Shown here: in pieces, positions 43,034-53,194 of the stretch | Layout: every line of letters starts with the position of its first letter | Numbering within the stretch: the stretch's first letter is position 1 | Assembly (NCBI RefSeq): GCF_040289485.1 | Contig: NZ_PSLG01000004.1 | Location: 1,402 to 65,401, forward strand | Reading direction: 5' to 3' | Length of the DNA: 64,000 nt | DNA from: Thermoflexus sp. | Lineage (GTDB): Bacteria > Chloroflexota > Anaerolineae > Thermoflexales > Thermoflexaceae | Notes under the pieces: generated by a model | Seen by the model: the letters and a program-made list of their open reading frames with translations, nothing else | The model's database searches: none | What the model was told of the DNA's origin: nothing | Made by a program: the position numbers and the translations under genes

Positions 43034-43768
43034 TCAGGGGGCCAGGACCGCCCGCAAGCCTTCCATGCGGGATCGGACGCTCCCATCGACCACCCGATCC
43101 CCAACCCGGACAACCAGCCCGCCGAGGATCGTCGGATCCACCCGGAAGATCACGTCGCTGGTGAGGTCCAGGCGGGCGGCGAGCTCCTGGCGGATGCTCT
43201 GTTTTTCTTCCTCCTGGAGGGGGATCGCGCTGATGACCTCCACCCGATCCCCCTTTACCCCTCGGAGCTCCTCCAAGACCCTCGGGGGCATCGTGGTGAA
43301 GAACTCCTGGATCAAGCGCCGATGACGCGTCTCGTCGAGGGCATCACCCACCACCCGATAGGCCGCAGCCAGGGCCAGGGTGGCGATATGACTCCGCAGT
43401 TCGCCCAGGATGCGCTCCCGCTCCCGCTCGGCCTCCTCCCGGGCGACCTCGAGGAGGCGCTGAGCCTCCGTCCGGGCTTCAGCGAGGATCTGCGCCCGTT
43501 GCTGCTCCGCCTGGCGGACCGCCTCGGCCACGATCCGCTGGCGCTCTGCGATAGCCTCCTCGAGGATCCGCTGGCGCTCCGCCTGCACGCTCGCCCGCAA
43601 CTGCTCTGCCGCCTTCGCGTCCTCCAGACCCTTCTCGATGAGGGCCCGCCGCTCCTCGAGGGCTTTCAGGACACGCGGGAAGACCAGGCGGGAGAGCAGG
43701 AACCAGATCAGCAGGAAGTTCAGGATCTGCGCGATCAGATAAATCGGGTTGATCCCCAAGGCCTCCAA
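43034..43768 (-). CDS. atpF: ATP synthase subunit b fused to the delta (OSCP) C-terminal domain
   Basis: b: 'IAQILNFLLIWFLL....P..L..LEER...I..GLE.A'; delta C-terminus: 'VEVISAIPL', 'VDPTILGGLVVRVGDRVVDGSV'. Confidence 0.92.
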   Translation of the reverse strand: MEALGINPIYLIAQILNFLLIWFLLSRLVFPRVLKALEERRALIEKGLEDAKAAEQLRASVQAERQRILEEAIAERQRIVAEAVRQAEQQRAQILAEARTEAQRLLEVAREEAERERERILGELRSHIATLALAAAYRVVGDALDETRHRRLIQEFFTTMPPRVLEELRGVKGDRVEVISAIPLQEEEKQSIRQELAARLDLTSDVIFRVDPTILGGLVVRVGDRVVDGSVRSRMEGLRAVLAP

Positions 43769-43870
43769 CGTCGGCCTCCCCTCGTCGCAGTTTCATGCCC
43801 GAAAGAGGCTCCAACCGCCTCCCCATTCACCATCGATGGCAAGGGCGCGCCGCTTGAAGCCGGATGACCA

Positions 43871-44152
<282 letters not shown>

Positions 44153-44196
44153 TTATAAGATGATCGCCCCCCAAGTCGGGGAGGTGGCAATCCGCT

Positions 44197-45477
44197 TCAG
44201 TGGGACGCATCCGGATGTCCGGAGGGCCCTTCACCGTGGCCCGCCATGGCCAGGGCGATGAAGACCATAGTCAACATCATGAAAATGAAAGCCTGGATCA
44301 AGCCAACGAAGATCTCCAGTCCATAAAAGATGGCGGGGACCAACAGCGGCAGCAGGAAGATCATGATCCCCAACAGCACGTGGCCGGCAAAGATGTTCCC
44401 GAACAACCGGAAGGAGAAGGAAAGAATCTTGGCCACCTCGCTGACCAGCTCCAGGAGGCTGACCAAGAATTCGATGAACCCCATGAAACCGTGGCGCAGG
44501 GCCTTGATGTTAAAGAACTTCCAGAAATAGCCCGGGCCGAGAGTCCGAACCCCCCAGACCTGCACCATGAAGACAGCCACCAGGGCCAGTCCGATGGTGA
44601 AGTTCAAATCGGTGCTCAGGGCTCGGAGGTAGGGGACTAAAACATAGCCGCCCTTCTCGGCCTCCGCCCCGTGCCCTTGGGCTTCGTGGCCAGTTTCGGC
44701 AGACGCGGCCGCCTCTGCAGTGAGGAGGGTGAGGGGCCCCCAGCGGATGACATGATAGCCGGGCTCCGGGCCATGGGCCTTCTCCACCCTCCCGATGGAA
44801 TCGAAGCCCGGGATCAGCCCCATCCAGTTGGCCGTCAGCACCATCAGGAAGATGGAGGCCACCAGCGGGAAGATCTGCCGGGCCCGGTGCCCCAGCACCA
44901 CCTTGGCCAGGTTCTCGTAGAGGGTCTCGACCAGGAACTCAAAGAGATGGACCAGCACCCCCAGCCCGCGGAGGGGAGGCGGCAGCGGCCCCGCGCGCCG
45001 CGCGGCCAAGAGCCCTAGACCCAGCACCACCCCATCCACCAACACCATCGCCACCATGGTGTTGGTCAAAGGCGCCCCGAAGATCAGCGGCCCGGTCAGG
45101 GGCTCCGGTTTCACCAGGATCACCGGCAGCACCGCCTTCACCGGGCGCCCCGCCACCGATAGGCCGCTCCCCAACGTCCCGAAGAACAGCGAGGTCCCCA
45201 GCACGAAACCGAGAACCAGGGGGGTCACCACCAGGATCTGGAAATAGCGGATCACCCGGACGTCCCGCAGCCCCCACAGGACCACGGCGAACACAATGGC
45301 GTCCACCAGGAGGGTTCCGATCCAGCCGGCCGCTGACGACAGCCCACGGGCCCCCTTGAGCAACGCGTCCAGGTTGCCGAGCAGCCAGAGGGAGGCCTGG
45401 CCGCCCACCCCGCAGGAGAGCAGCCCGATCAGCCCCAACAACAGATACGGTCCCAACCGCCGGATCAGCTTCCCCAT
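44197..45477 (-). CDS. atpB: ATP synthase subunit a with a long N-terminal membrane extension
   Basis: 'LTNT', 'ANWMGLIPG', 'STDLN', 'SFSFRLFGNIFAG', 'LEIFVGLIQAFIFMMLT'; 426 aa. Confidence 0.95.
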   Translation of the reverse strand: MGKLIRRLGPYLLLGLIGLLSCGVGGQASLWLLGNLDALLKGARGLSSAAGWIGTLLVDAIVFAVVLWGLRDVRVIRYFQILVVTPLVLGFVLGTSLFFGTLGSGLSVAGRPVKAVLPVILVKPEPLTGPLIFGAPLTNTMVAMVLVDGVVLGLGLLAARRAGPLPPPLRGLGVLVHLFEFLVETLYENLAKVVLGHRARQIFPLVASIFLMVLTANWMGLIPGFDSIGRVEKAHGPEPGYHVIRWGPLTLLTAEAAASAETGHEAQGHGAEAEKGGYVLVPYLRALSTDLNFTIGLALVAVFMVQVWGVRTLGPGYFWKFFNIKALRHGFMGFIEFLVSLLELVSEVAKILSFSFRLFGNIFAGHVLLGIMIFLLPLLVPAIFYGLEIFVGLIQAFIFMMLTMVFIALAMAGHGEGPSGHPDASH

Positions 45478-45788
45478 GGCGAGGACTCATCCTCCCCTTG
45501 GGATGGGACGGGAGGCGGGCCCGGTTTCCGCCGCGGGCCCGGCTCCCCCATCCGGAACTGGGCCGCTGCCGTTATGGCAGCCCGAACCATCACGATCAGC
45601 CCCAGGGTGGCCCCCAGCAACATACAAGCAGCCGTCAGGACCGGCCGGGTGCCCAGCCGAAGATCCAGCCAGAGGCCGCAGAACATCGCCCCCACCACGG
45701 CCACCACCGGGATGAAGCCGATTTGAGACAACGCCCCGGCCAGCGCCAAATTCCAAGCCCGGATCCACCATCGCCCCGGGGACTTCAT
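45465..45788 (-). CDS. AtpZ/AtpI (ATPase gene 1) family protein
   Basis: Two TM helices flanking 'GLWLDLRLGTRP'; overlaps the atpB start. Confidence 0.8.
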   Translation of the reverse strand: MKSPGRWWIRAWNLALAGALSQIGFIPVVAVVGAMFCGLWLDLRLGTRPVLTAACMLLGATLGLIVMVRAAITAAAQFRMGEPGPRRKPGPPPVPSQGEDESSPWGS

Positions 45789-45959
45789 CGAACCCCTTCG
45801 GCCCCGGTTTCCCCCCAGGGAGTTCTCCCGGACGTCGGATCGCTCCCCTTCTCACAAAGCGCAGCCCTTATAGGATACCTGCTTCGCCCCTCTGTGACAA
45901 GGGGGGCCTTAGAAAATCGGCCCTGCGCGGCGGTTTTTCCCTTCGTGCTTCTCATAGCG

Positions 45960-47414
45960 TTAGAAAGCCTGGGCGGCCAGCAGCGCCAATTGATACAGCG
46001 GATAGACCAGAACCGTCAGCAGGATCACCCCGGCCACCGTGAACCACAGGGTGAGGCGCTCAGGCCGGGAGATCCAGATCGGCTTCCCCTCCTCCGGGGA
46101 GCGGTCTACATACATGGCCCGGGCCACCATGATGTAGTAATAAAAGGCAACCATGGCGTTGAGGACGCCGGCGACGGCGAGCCAGAGCAGACCGCTCTCG
46201 ATGGCGGCGGCGAAGACGAAGAGCTTGGCGAAGAAGCCCACCAGCGGCGGGATGCCGCCCAGGGAGAGCAAAGCAGCCAGCATCGCCAAGGCCAGGCCCG
46301 GCGACCGCCGGGAGAGGCCGGCCAGGTCCCGGATCTCCTCGCTGCCCGTTGCGTTGGTCATGATCACCGCCACGGCGAAGGCGGCGATGTTGGTCAGCGT
46401 GTAGATCCCCAGATAGAAGATCGAGGCGGCGATCCCCAGCGGGCTGGCCGCGGCCACGCCGATCAGGATATAGCCAGCCTGGGCGATGCTGGAATAAGCC
46501 AGCAGCCGCTTCAGGTTGCGCTGGGGGATGGCCAACAAGTTCCCCACGGTCATGGTCACGAAGGCCAGGGCGGCGATCAAGGCCACCCAGTTCCCTTGGA
46601 CCGCGGCGAAGGCCTCGATCATGGCCCGGATCAGGACGGCGAAGCCCGCGGCTTTGGAGGCGACAGAGATGAACGCCGTGATCGGTGTCGGCGCCCCCTC
46701 ATAGACGTCTGGCGTCCAGAAATGGAAAGGGACTGCGGAAACCTTGAAGCCAAAGCCCACCAGGACCAGCAGGAGGGCAGCCATCACGGCAGAGGTCGGA
46801 AGGGTGCCCAAAGACCGGGCGATGCCCCCGTAACCGATCTCGCCCGTGAACCCGTAGAGCAGGGCCATCCCGTAAAGCATCACCGTGGAACTGAAAACGC
46901 CGAACAGAAAATACTTGAGGCCGGCCTCCGCCGAGCGCGGCGTCTCGCGCAGATACCCGGCCAGCAGATACAAGGCGATCCCCGCTGTCTCCAGGGCCAG
47001 ATATAGGGTCACCAAATTGATGGCCGCTCCCATCAACCCCATCCCCAGGACAGCGATGAGTATCAGGGCGTAATATTCCCCGCTCTGACGCAACGGACGG
47101 AAGTCCATCGAGATGGCCGCCGTCAGGATCCCCGAGAGGATAAAGATCAACCGGAAGAACATGGCGGCCAGGTCCGCCCGGACCGACCCGCCGAACGCCT
47201 CGTAAGGGGCGGCCAGGCCTCCGACCAACTGGGCGGCCTGCAGGACAGCGACCCCGAAGGCGGCCAGCAAGCCCCCGATGGCCCAGTAGCCCAGTTCCCG
47301 CTTCCGGCCTTCCGGGAGCCCGGCGTCGACGGCCATCACCAGCACGGCCGCCACGACCAACACGATCTCCGGCAGGACCGACCACAGATGTGCCCACCAT
47401 GAGAGCCCGACCAT
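45960..47414 (-). CDS. nuoN: NADH-quinone oxidoreductase subunit N
   Basis: 'LPE', 'YLALET', 'EAGLKYF', 'GFKVSAVPFHFWTPDVYEGAP', 'KRLLAYSSI', 'SLGGIPP..GF.AK'. Confidence 0.96.
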   Translation of the reverse strand: MVGLSWWAHLWSVLPEIVLVVAAVLVMAVDAGLPEGRKRELGYWAIGGLLAAFGVAVLQAAQLVGGLAAPYEAFGGSVRADLAAMFFRLIFILSGILTAAISMDFRPLRQSGEYYALILIAVLGMGLMGAAINLVTLYLALETAGIALYLLAGYLRETPRSAEAGLKYFLFGVFSSTVMLYGMALLYGFTGEIGYGGIARSLGTLPTSAVMAALLLVLVGFGFKVSAVPFHFWTPDVYEGAPTPITAFISVASKAAGFAVLIRAMIEAFAAVQGNWVALIAALAFVTMTVGNLLAIPQRNLKRLLAYSSIAQAGYILIGVAAASPLGIAASIFYLGIYTLTNIAAFAVAVIMTNATGSEEIRDLAGLSRRSPGLALAMLAALLSLGGIPPLVGFFAKLFVFAAAIESGLLWLAVAGVLNAMVAFYYYIMVARAMYVDRSPEEGKPIWISRPERLTLWFTVAGVILLTVLVYPLYQLALLAAQAF

Positions 47415-47451
47415 CCAGTCCTCCTCGCTCGCGGGATGGCTCAACGCCGGA

Positions 47452-49011
47452 TCATCGGATCGAGGCGAGCATCGCGCCGTGGAGCAACGCTGCGATGGGC
47501 TCTACTCCCGTCTGGATCATATCGGTCATCACTCGCGGGAACACTCCGATGAGGACGAACCACACAGCGAGGGTGATGATGGCCACCTTATCCAGGACGG
47601 TGACATCCCCCGCCTCCGGGAACCGCCCGCGGTCCAGTTCTCCAAAGAAGGTGGCCTGCAGGGCCCGCAGGATGTAGGCCGCTGAGAGTGCGATGCTGGG
47701 GGCCGCCAGGATGGCCATCCACGGATACCACCAGGCGGTGTCCCGCGCCGCCCAGATCCCAGCGAACACCTGGAACTCAGCGATGAAGCCGGAGAAGCCA
47801 GGCATCCCCATGGCCACCAACCCGCCCAGCACGAAGCCCAACGTCGCCATGGGCATCACCCGGGCGAAGCCGCCCAGGTGCGCTAGGTAGCGGGTGTGGG
47901 CCCGGTCGTACACCATGCCCACCACGGCGAACAGGATGGCCGCCATCACCCCGTGGGAGAACATCTGCAGGACGGCCCCCGTCAGGCCGGTGACGTTCAT
48001 GGCGGCGAACCCGATGGTCACGAAAGCCATGTGGCCGATGCTGGAGAAGGCAATGACGTATTTGAGGTCCTCCTGCACCAGCGAGATGGCCGCTGAATAC
48101 AGGGCGGCGACGACGGCCAGGAAGACCACCACGGGCAGCCAGTAGACCGCCCCGCCGGGCAACAGTTCGATGCCCACCCGCAGGGCGCTGTAAGCCCCCA
48201 CCTTCATCACCACACCGGCCAGGAACATCGAGCCCGCCGTGGGCGCCGCCGAGTGGCCATCCGGCACCCAGTTGTGGAACGGCCAAAGGCCGGCGGTCAC
48301 CGCGAAGCCCAGGAAGATCGGCAGGAACCACAAGTAGTCGAAGCGGACGGCCCTCCCCAGCACCTGCACCGACCGGGCGAAGGCCCCCTGGGCGGCCAGG
48401 TCCCGCAACACGTCCATATCGAAGGTGCGCACGGGCGAGACGAAGTAGAGGGCCAGGGCCCCCACCAGGGCGATGATGGAGCCCACCAGGGTGTAAAGGA
48501 CCAACTTCATCGCCGCGTATTCTTTGCGGGTGGAGCCCCAGATGGCGATCAGGAAATACTTGGGGAAGATGGCGATCTCATAGAAAAAGAACAGCAAGAC
48601 CAGGTTGCGGGCAACGAAGACGCCGATGATCCCACTGGCCAGCAGCAACATGAAGGCGAACAGTTCGTGGGGGCGGTCCTCGATGTTCCACGAGACCAGG
48701 ACCCCGGTGAAGAGGACGAGGGCCGAGAGCAGCACCAGGGGAAGGCTGACCCCATCCACGCCGATGTAGTAATGGATCCCCAGTTGGGGCAGCCAGGCCA
48801 CGCGCTCGACGAACTGATACCCCCCGGCCCCCCGGTCGTAGGCCAGGAAGGCCCACAGGGCCAGCAACAGGGTGAAGCCCGAGACCGCCGCCGCGAAGAC
48901 GCGGGCGGCCTCCTTCTGGTGACGCGGGATCAGCAACAAGACCAAGGCGCCCAGCAGCGGCGTCAACACAATGAAACTCAGGATCGGGATCGGCACCGTT
49001 GAGATCGTCAT
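47452..49011 (-). CDS. nuoM: NADH-quinone oxidoreductase subunit M, second copy
   Basis: 'YYIGVDGVS', 'FFFYE', 'WPFHNWVPDGHSAAPTAGS', 'MKVGAYS', 'AFSSIGHM', 'MGMPGFSGFIAEF'. Confidence 0.93.
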   Translation of the reverse strand: MTISTVPIPILSFIVLTPLLGALVLLLIPRHQKEAARVFAAAVSGFTLLLALWAFLAYDRGAGGYQFVERVAWLPQLGIHYYIGVDGVSLPLVLLSALVLFTGVLVSWNIEDRPHELFAFMLLLASGIIGVFVARNLVLLFFFYEIAIFPKYFLIAIWGSTRKEYAAMKLVLYTLVGSIIALVGALALYFVSPVRTFDMDVLRDLAAQGAFARSVQVLGRAVRFDYLWFLPIFLGFAVTAGLWPFHNWVPDGHSAAPTAGSMFLAGVVMKVGAYSALRVGIELLPGGAVYWLPVVVFLAVVAALYSAAISLVQEDLKYVIAFSSIGHMAFVTIGFAAMNVTGLTGAVLQMFSHGVMAAILFAVVGMVYDRAHTRYLAHLGGFARVMPMATLGFVLGGLVAMGMPGFSGFIAEFQVFAGIWAARDTAWWYPWMAILAAPSIALSAAYILRALQATFFGELDRGRFPEAGDVTVLDKVAIITLAVWFVLIGVFPRVMTDMIQTGVEPIAALLHGAMLASIR

Positions 49012-49050
49012 CCCCATCGCCTCCAAAGCAGGTCGTCGTCCACCCCCGCC

Positions 49051-50595
49051 TCAGCCGAGCAGCTGCATCAGCGCCGCGTTGAGCGTCGGCACGATCCACG
49101 CCGGCCACAGGCCGGTGAGCAACATAAAGGCCATCAACGGGGCCAGCGCCAGGACCTCCCGGGCGGTGATCTCGGGCAGGCGGGCCCATTGAGGGTTCAG
49201 GGGCCCATGCAGCACCTTCTGGATCGCCTTCATCACGAAGGCCCCGGTGATGAGCAGCCCGAGCATCGCGATGGCCGTCAGCCCGGTGAAGACCGGCCAG
49301 GCCCCTTGCACCACGAGATACTCGGCCACAAAGCCGGCCAGCCCCGGCAACCCCACCGAGGCCATCGCACAATAGATCAGGATCCCCCCATAAACCGGCA
49401 TCCGGTTCCACAACCCCCCATATGCCTCCAGGTCCCGTGTGTGGGTGCGGTCATAGATCACCCCTACCAGGGCGAACATGGCGGCCGAGGAGAGGCCGTG
49501 GGCAAACAACTGTAGGGCCGCCCCGTTGAGGGCGAGGAGGGCATGGCCGCGGACCGCCGGGTTGCCCAAGGCGTAGCCGGCCACCGCGATGCCCAACACC
49601 ACGAATCCCATGTGGTTCACCGAAGAATATGCGACCAACCGCTTGAAATCCCGCTGGCCCAGGGCCGCGTAGGCCCCGAAAACGATGGCCGCTGTAGCCA
49701 GCAACGCCAGCGCCAGGGCGAACCGCGCCGACTCCGCCGGGAAGAGCGGGAACACGATGCGCAGGAAGCCGTAGGCCCCCAGTTTCAACAGGATCCCCGC
49801 CAGGATCATCGAGCCGGCGGTAGGGGCTTCTGTGTGGGCATCCGGCAACCACGTGTGGAACGGCCAGACCGGGATCTTGATGGCGAAGGCGATGACAAAA
49901 GCCCAGAAGACCACCGCCTTCACCACTTCCATCGGGACCCCGAACAGGGTCCCCTGAAGAGCCGGCCAGCGCCGGCTGATCTCCAAGAGGTCAAAGGTCC
50001 CCCCCTGAGTGCCGCCCAGAGCCGCCCAGATCAACTGGATCCCCAGTAGCAGCCCCAGGGAGCCCGCCATCGTGTAGAGGATGAACTTCAAGGCCGCATA
50101 GTGACGGCGCTCCGGCGCCCCCCAGTTGTTGATCAGGAAATACATGGGCACCAGGCCGATCTCCCAGAACAGGAAGAAGAGCAACAGATCCAGGCTGACG
50201 AACACGCCCAAGATGCCGGCCTCCAGAGCCAGGAAGAGAGCGAAGTAGGTCCGCGGGTCTTGGGTGATGTTAAACGAAACGAGCACCCCCAGGGGAGTGA
50301 GGAGAGCGGTCAGGAAGATCAGCATCACGCTGAGCCCGTCGACCCCCAGGAAATACGTTGCGTTCACCTGAGGGAGCCAGACCGCCCGTTCGACGAACTG
50401 AAAGCCCGGACGGCCCGGATCGAAGTTCAACCAGAGCCAGGCCGAAAGGCCCAGGGGGATCAGGCTGAAGAGCAAGGCCAGCCCCCGATGCAGCCGAAGG
50501 CTGTCCCGGGGCGTCAGGGCGATCACCAGGGCCCCGAACAGCGGGAAGAAGGTGATCAGGGTCAGGATGGGGATCGGTTGCCCGAAGAGCGTCAT
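49051..50595 (-). CDS. nuoM: NADH-quinone oxidoreductase subunit M, first copy
   Basis: 'YFLGVDGLS', 'FWEIGLVPMY', 'KIPVWPFHTWLPDAHTEAP', 'LLKLGAYG', 'AYSSVNHMG'. Confidence 0.96.
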   Translation of the reverse strand: MTLFGQPIPILTLITFFPLFGALVIALTPRDSLRLHRGLALLFSLIPLGLSAWLWLNFDPGRPGFQFVERAVWLPQVNATYFLGVDGLSVMLIFLTALLTPLGVLVSFNITQDPRTYFALFLALEAGILGVFVSLDLLLFFLFWEIGLVPMYFLINNWGAPERRHYAALKFILYTMAGSLGLLLGIQLIWAALGGTQGGTFDLLEISRRWPALQGTLFGVPMEVVKAVVFWAFVIAFAIKIPVWPFHTWLPDAHTEAPTAGSMILAGILLKLGAYGFLRIVFPLFPAESARFALALALLATAAIVFGAYAALGQRDFKRLVAYSSVNHMGFVVLGIAVAGYALGNPAVRGHALLALNGAALQLFAHGLSSAAMFALVGVIYDRTHTRDLEAYGGLWNRMPVYGGILIYCAMASVGLPGLAGFVAEYLVVQGAWPVFTGLTAIAMLGLLITGAFVMKAIQKVLHGPLNPQWARLPEITAREVLALAPLMAFMLLTGLWPAWIVPTLNAALMQLLG

Positions 50596-50646
50596 CGCTG
50601 GCTTCCCCCTTCGCGTTCGGATCTTCCAGCGCTCCCATCGGCTCCC

Positions 50647-52791
50647 TCAGAAGCCGATCAGCATGGGCGCCACGGTATAGAGGACAATGAAGCCCAAGAT
50701 GCCCAGCACCACCACCAGCAGGTAGTTTTGGACCAGCCCGGTCTGCAGGGCCCGCAGCTCCCGGCCGGCGGCCTTGACGGCCTCCCCGATCCCGTCGCCG
50801 ATGCCGTTGACCACCACGCGGTCGAAGAGCCGCAAGGCGGCGCCCATCGACCATACGGCGTCGGCGATCCCGTGCAGGAGCCCGTCGATCACCACCCGGT
50901 CCATAAAGAGGGCCACCGCCCGCTCGGCCAGCCAGAGGGTGGGCCGCACAAAGAGCAGATGATACAAGTCGTCGATATACCAGCGGTTCTTCAGGAAGGT
51001 GTAGACGGGGCCCAGGCGAGCCAGGGGATCGGGGGCGCCAGCGGCCAGGGGACGCCGCCCGTAAACCCACCAACCCAAGAACAGACCGGCCAGCGCGATC
51101 GCCGAGGAAAGCAAGACGGGAGCCGGGTGGAAAGGCAGCGCCTCCGGGTGCTCTAGGAGGGTCCCCCCCACGAACGCGTGGAACCAGTTCCTGCCCACAA
51201 GACCGCTCAGGACGGGGAAGCCCTCCGGCACCCCGACGAACCCGCCGAGCAGGGCGAAGAAGGCCAGGAACACCAGCGGGAAGATCATCGCGCCAGGGCT
51301 CTCCTCCGCGTGGGCCGCAGCGGCCGTCCGAGGCTCCCCCAGGAAGGTGAGGGCGATCTGGCGCATCGTATAGAAGCCGGTGAGGAGGGCCGCCGTCGCC
51401 AGGAGCAGGAAGACCAGGAGCGGAAGAACCTCCCCTTTCTCAAAAGCCCCGCGGAAGGCCTCCCCCAGGATCTCGTCCTTGCTCCAGAAACCCGCCGTGA
51501 TCAAGGGGAACCCGGCCAGGGAAAGCCCGCCGGCCAGGAAGGTCCAGAAGGTCACCGGCATCCGCCGGCTCAGGCCGCCCATGTTGAACATGTCGTTGGG
51601 GTCGAAAGGTTCCCCATGGCCTTTGTGGCTGCCGGCGGGATGATGGCCGTGCTCCACGGCGTGGATGACGGAGCCGGAGCCCAGGAAGAGCAAGGCCTTA
51701 AAGAAGGCGTGGGTGATGAGATGGAAAGCCGCCGCCACATAGGCCCCGATCCCCACGGCAGCCAGCATATAACCCAGTTGAGAGATAGTGGAATAGGCCA
51801 GCACCCGCTTGATGTCGTTCTGGGCCATGCCCATGGTGGCGGCCATGAACGCTGTGAAGGCGCCGATCAAGGCCACCACCCAGAAAGCGGCCTCGCCCCC
51901 CAGGCCGTGCTGCCCGGCCTGCAGGAGCGGGAACATACGGATGGTGGTGTAAACCCCGGCCGAGACCATGGTGGCGGCGTGGATCATCGCGCTGACGGGG
52001 GTGGGGCCTTCCATCGCGTCCGGCAACCACACGTGCAGCGGGAACTGGGCGCTCTTGCCCACCGTCCCGGCGAAGAGCAGCAGCGAGGCCAAAGCGGCCA
52101 CCGAGAGCCCGGCCACGTAAGAGGGCGTCTCCGCCAGCGCCTTCAGGGTCTCCGGGTTCCGCAGGATGTCGTGGAAGTTCAACGTCCCGGTCTGGGCATA
52201 GAGGTAGGCGATGCCCAGAAGCATCACCACGTCGCCCACGCGGGTGGTCATGAACGCCTTCACGGCGGCGCGGTAGGCCGAGGGCTTGCGGAACCAGAAG
52301 CCGATGAGGGCGTAGGAGCAGAAGCCCATCACCTCCCAGCCGATGAATAGCATCAGGAGGTTGTCGGCCACCACGAGCAACAGCATCGCCGCCTCAAAGA
52401 GGGAGAGGAGGGCGAAGAAGCGGCTGTAGTGGGGATCCCCCGCCATGTAGCCGACGCTGTAGATGAAGATCATCAACGAGACCAGGGGCACCATAAACAG
52501 CATCACCGCCCCCAGGGGATCCACCAACACGCCGAACTCCAGGGGCCGCGCCCCGACCGGCAGCCAGACGATACGCGCGGCGATGGGATGCTCTCCGAGG
52601 TGCTCGGTTCGGATGGCGGCCCAGAACACCACCTGGGAGAGGACGAAGGAGATGGCCACCGAGAGGATGGCTAGGGTGTGGCTGAGCCGCTTCCAGCGAT
52701 TGGCGACAAGGGCGATCAGGCCGAAGGCGATGAAAGGCGGCCATGGGATGAGGGCCACCAACAACGGCAGGAGCGTTCCCTGGGTCTCCAT
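50647..52791 (-). CDS. nuoL: NADH-quinone oxidoreductase subunit L with extended lateral helix
   Basis: 'YSVGYM', 'GWEVMGFCSYALIGFW', 'GKSAQFPLHVWLPDAMEGPTPVSA', 'HAFFKALLFL', 'FWSKD', 'QTG'. Confidence 0.97.
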   Translation of the reverse strand: METQGTLLPLLVALIPWPPFIAFGLIALVANRWKRLSHTLAILSVAISFVLSQVVFWAAIRTEHLGEHPIAARIVWLPVGARPLEFGVLVDPLGAVMLFMVPLVSLMIFIYSVGYMAGDPHYSRFFALLSLFEAAMLLLVVADNLLMLFIGWEVMGFCSYALIGFWFRKPSAYRAAVKAFMTTRVGDVVMLLGIAYLYAQTGTLNFHDILRNPETLKALAETPSYVAGLSVAALASLLLFAGTVGKSAQFPLHVWLPDAMEGPTPVSAMIHAATMVSAGVYTTIRMFPLLQAGQHGLGGEAAFWVVALIGAFTAFMAATMGMAQNDIKRVLAYSTISQLGYMLAAVGIGAYVAAAFHLITHAFFKALLFLGSGSVIHAVEHGHHPAGSHKGHGEPFDPNDMFNMGGLSRRMPVTFWTFLAGGLSLAGFPLITAGFWSKDEILGEAFRGAFEKGEVLPLLVFLLLATAALLTGFYTMRQIALTFLGEPRTAAAAHAEESPGAMIFPLVFLAFFALLGGFVGVPEGFPVLSGLVGRNWFHAFVGGTLLEHPEALPFHPAPVLLSSAIALAGLFLGWWVYGRRPLAAGAPDPLARLGPVYTFLKNRWYIDDLYHLLFVRPTLWLAERAVALFMDRVVIDGLLHGIADAVWSMGAALRLFDRVVVNGIGDGIGEAVKAAGRELRALQTGLVQNYLLVVVLGILGFIVLYTVAPMLIGF
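50746..50901 (-). repeat. 26-codon tandem duplication in the NuoL lateral helix
   Basis: DRVVIDGLLHGIADAVWSMGAALRLF / DRVVVNGIGDGIGEAVKAAGRELRAL; the two Asp codons are 78 nt apart (50901, 50823). Confidence 0.8.
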
Positions 52792-52810
52792 CCGGCTCCA
52801 CCTCGTGGGG

Positions 52811-53119
52811 TTAACCCTTCAGAAGATCGATGTTCTCAACGTCCACCGTCTCCCGGTTGCGATAGGTGCTAATGATCAACGCCAGGCCGGCCGCTGCCTC
52901 CGCCGCCGCCACCACCAGGACGAAGAGGGCGAAAGCCTGCCCCGTGGTCGCCGCGGGATGCAGATACCGCCAGAAGGCCACCAGGGTGATGTTGACGGCG
53001 TTCAACATCAGTTCGATGGCCATCAGGATGGCGATGGCGTTCCGCCGGGCCAGCACCCCATAGACCCCTGTGCAGAAGAGCGCCGCCGCCACCAGCAGAT
53101 ATGCGCTCAGGGATACCAT
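52811..53119 (-). CDS. nuoK: NADH-quinone oxidoreductase subunit K
   Basis: '[18 protein letters not shown]', '[11 protein letters not shown]'. Confidence 0.97.
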   Translation of the reverse strand: MVSLSAYLLVAAALFCTGVYGVLARRNAIAILMAIELMLNAVNITLVAFWRYLHPAATTGQAFALFVLVVAAAEAAAGLALIISTYRNRETVDVENIDLLKG

Positions 53120-53194
53120 CCCGGATCCTCCTCACGAGGCGCAGATGTCACCGACCGACACCAGGCTCGCGATGGCGCCTTCCCCATCATGGCC

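Noticed and set aside
28218-43034. The atp gap as an integrated mobile element
   Set aside because: No integrase, transposase, att site or terminal repeats seen, and it contains core genes (sucCD, M42 peptidase). Rearrangement is the simpler explanation.
45789-45959. Rex site upstream of the F0 genes
   Set aside because: Only isolated half-sites (TCACA at 45852, TGTGA at 45893) in the wrong spacing and orientation.
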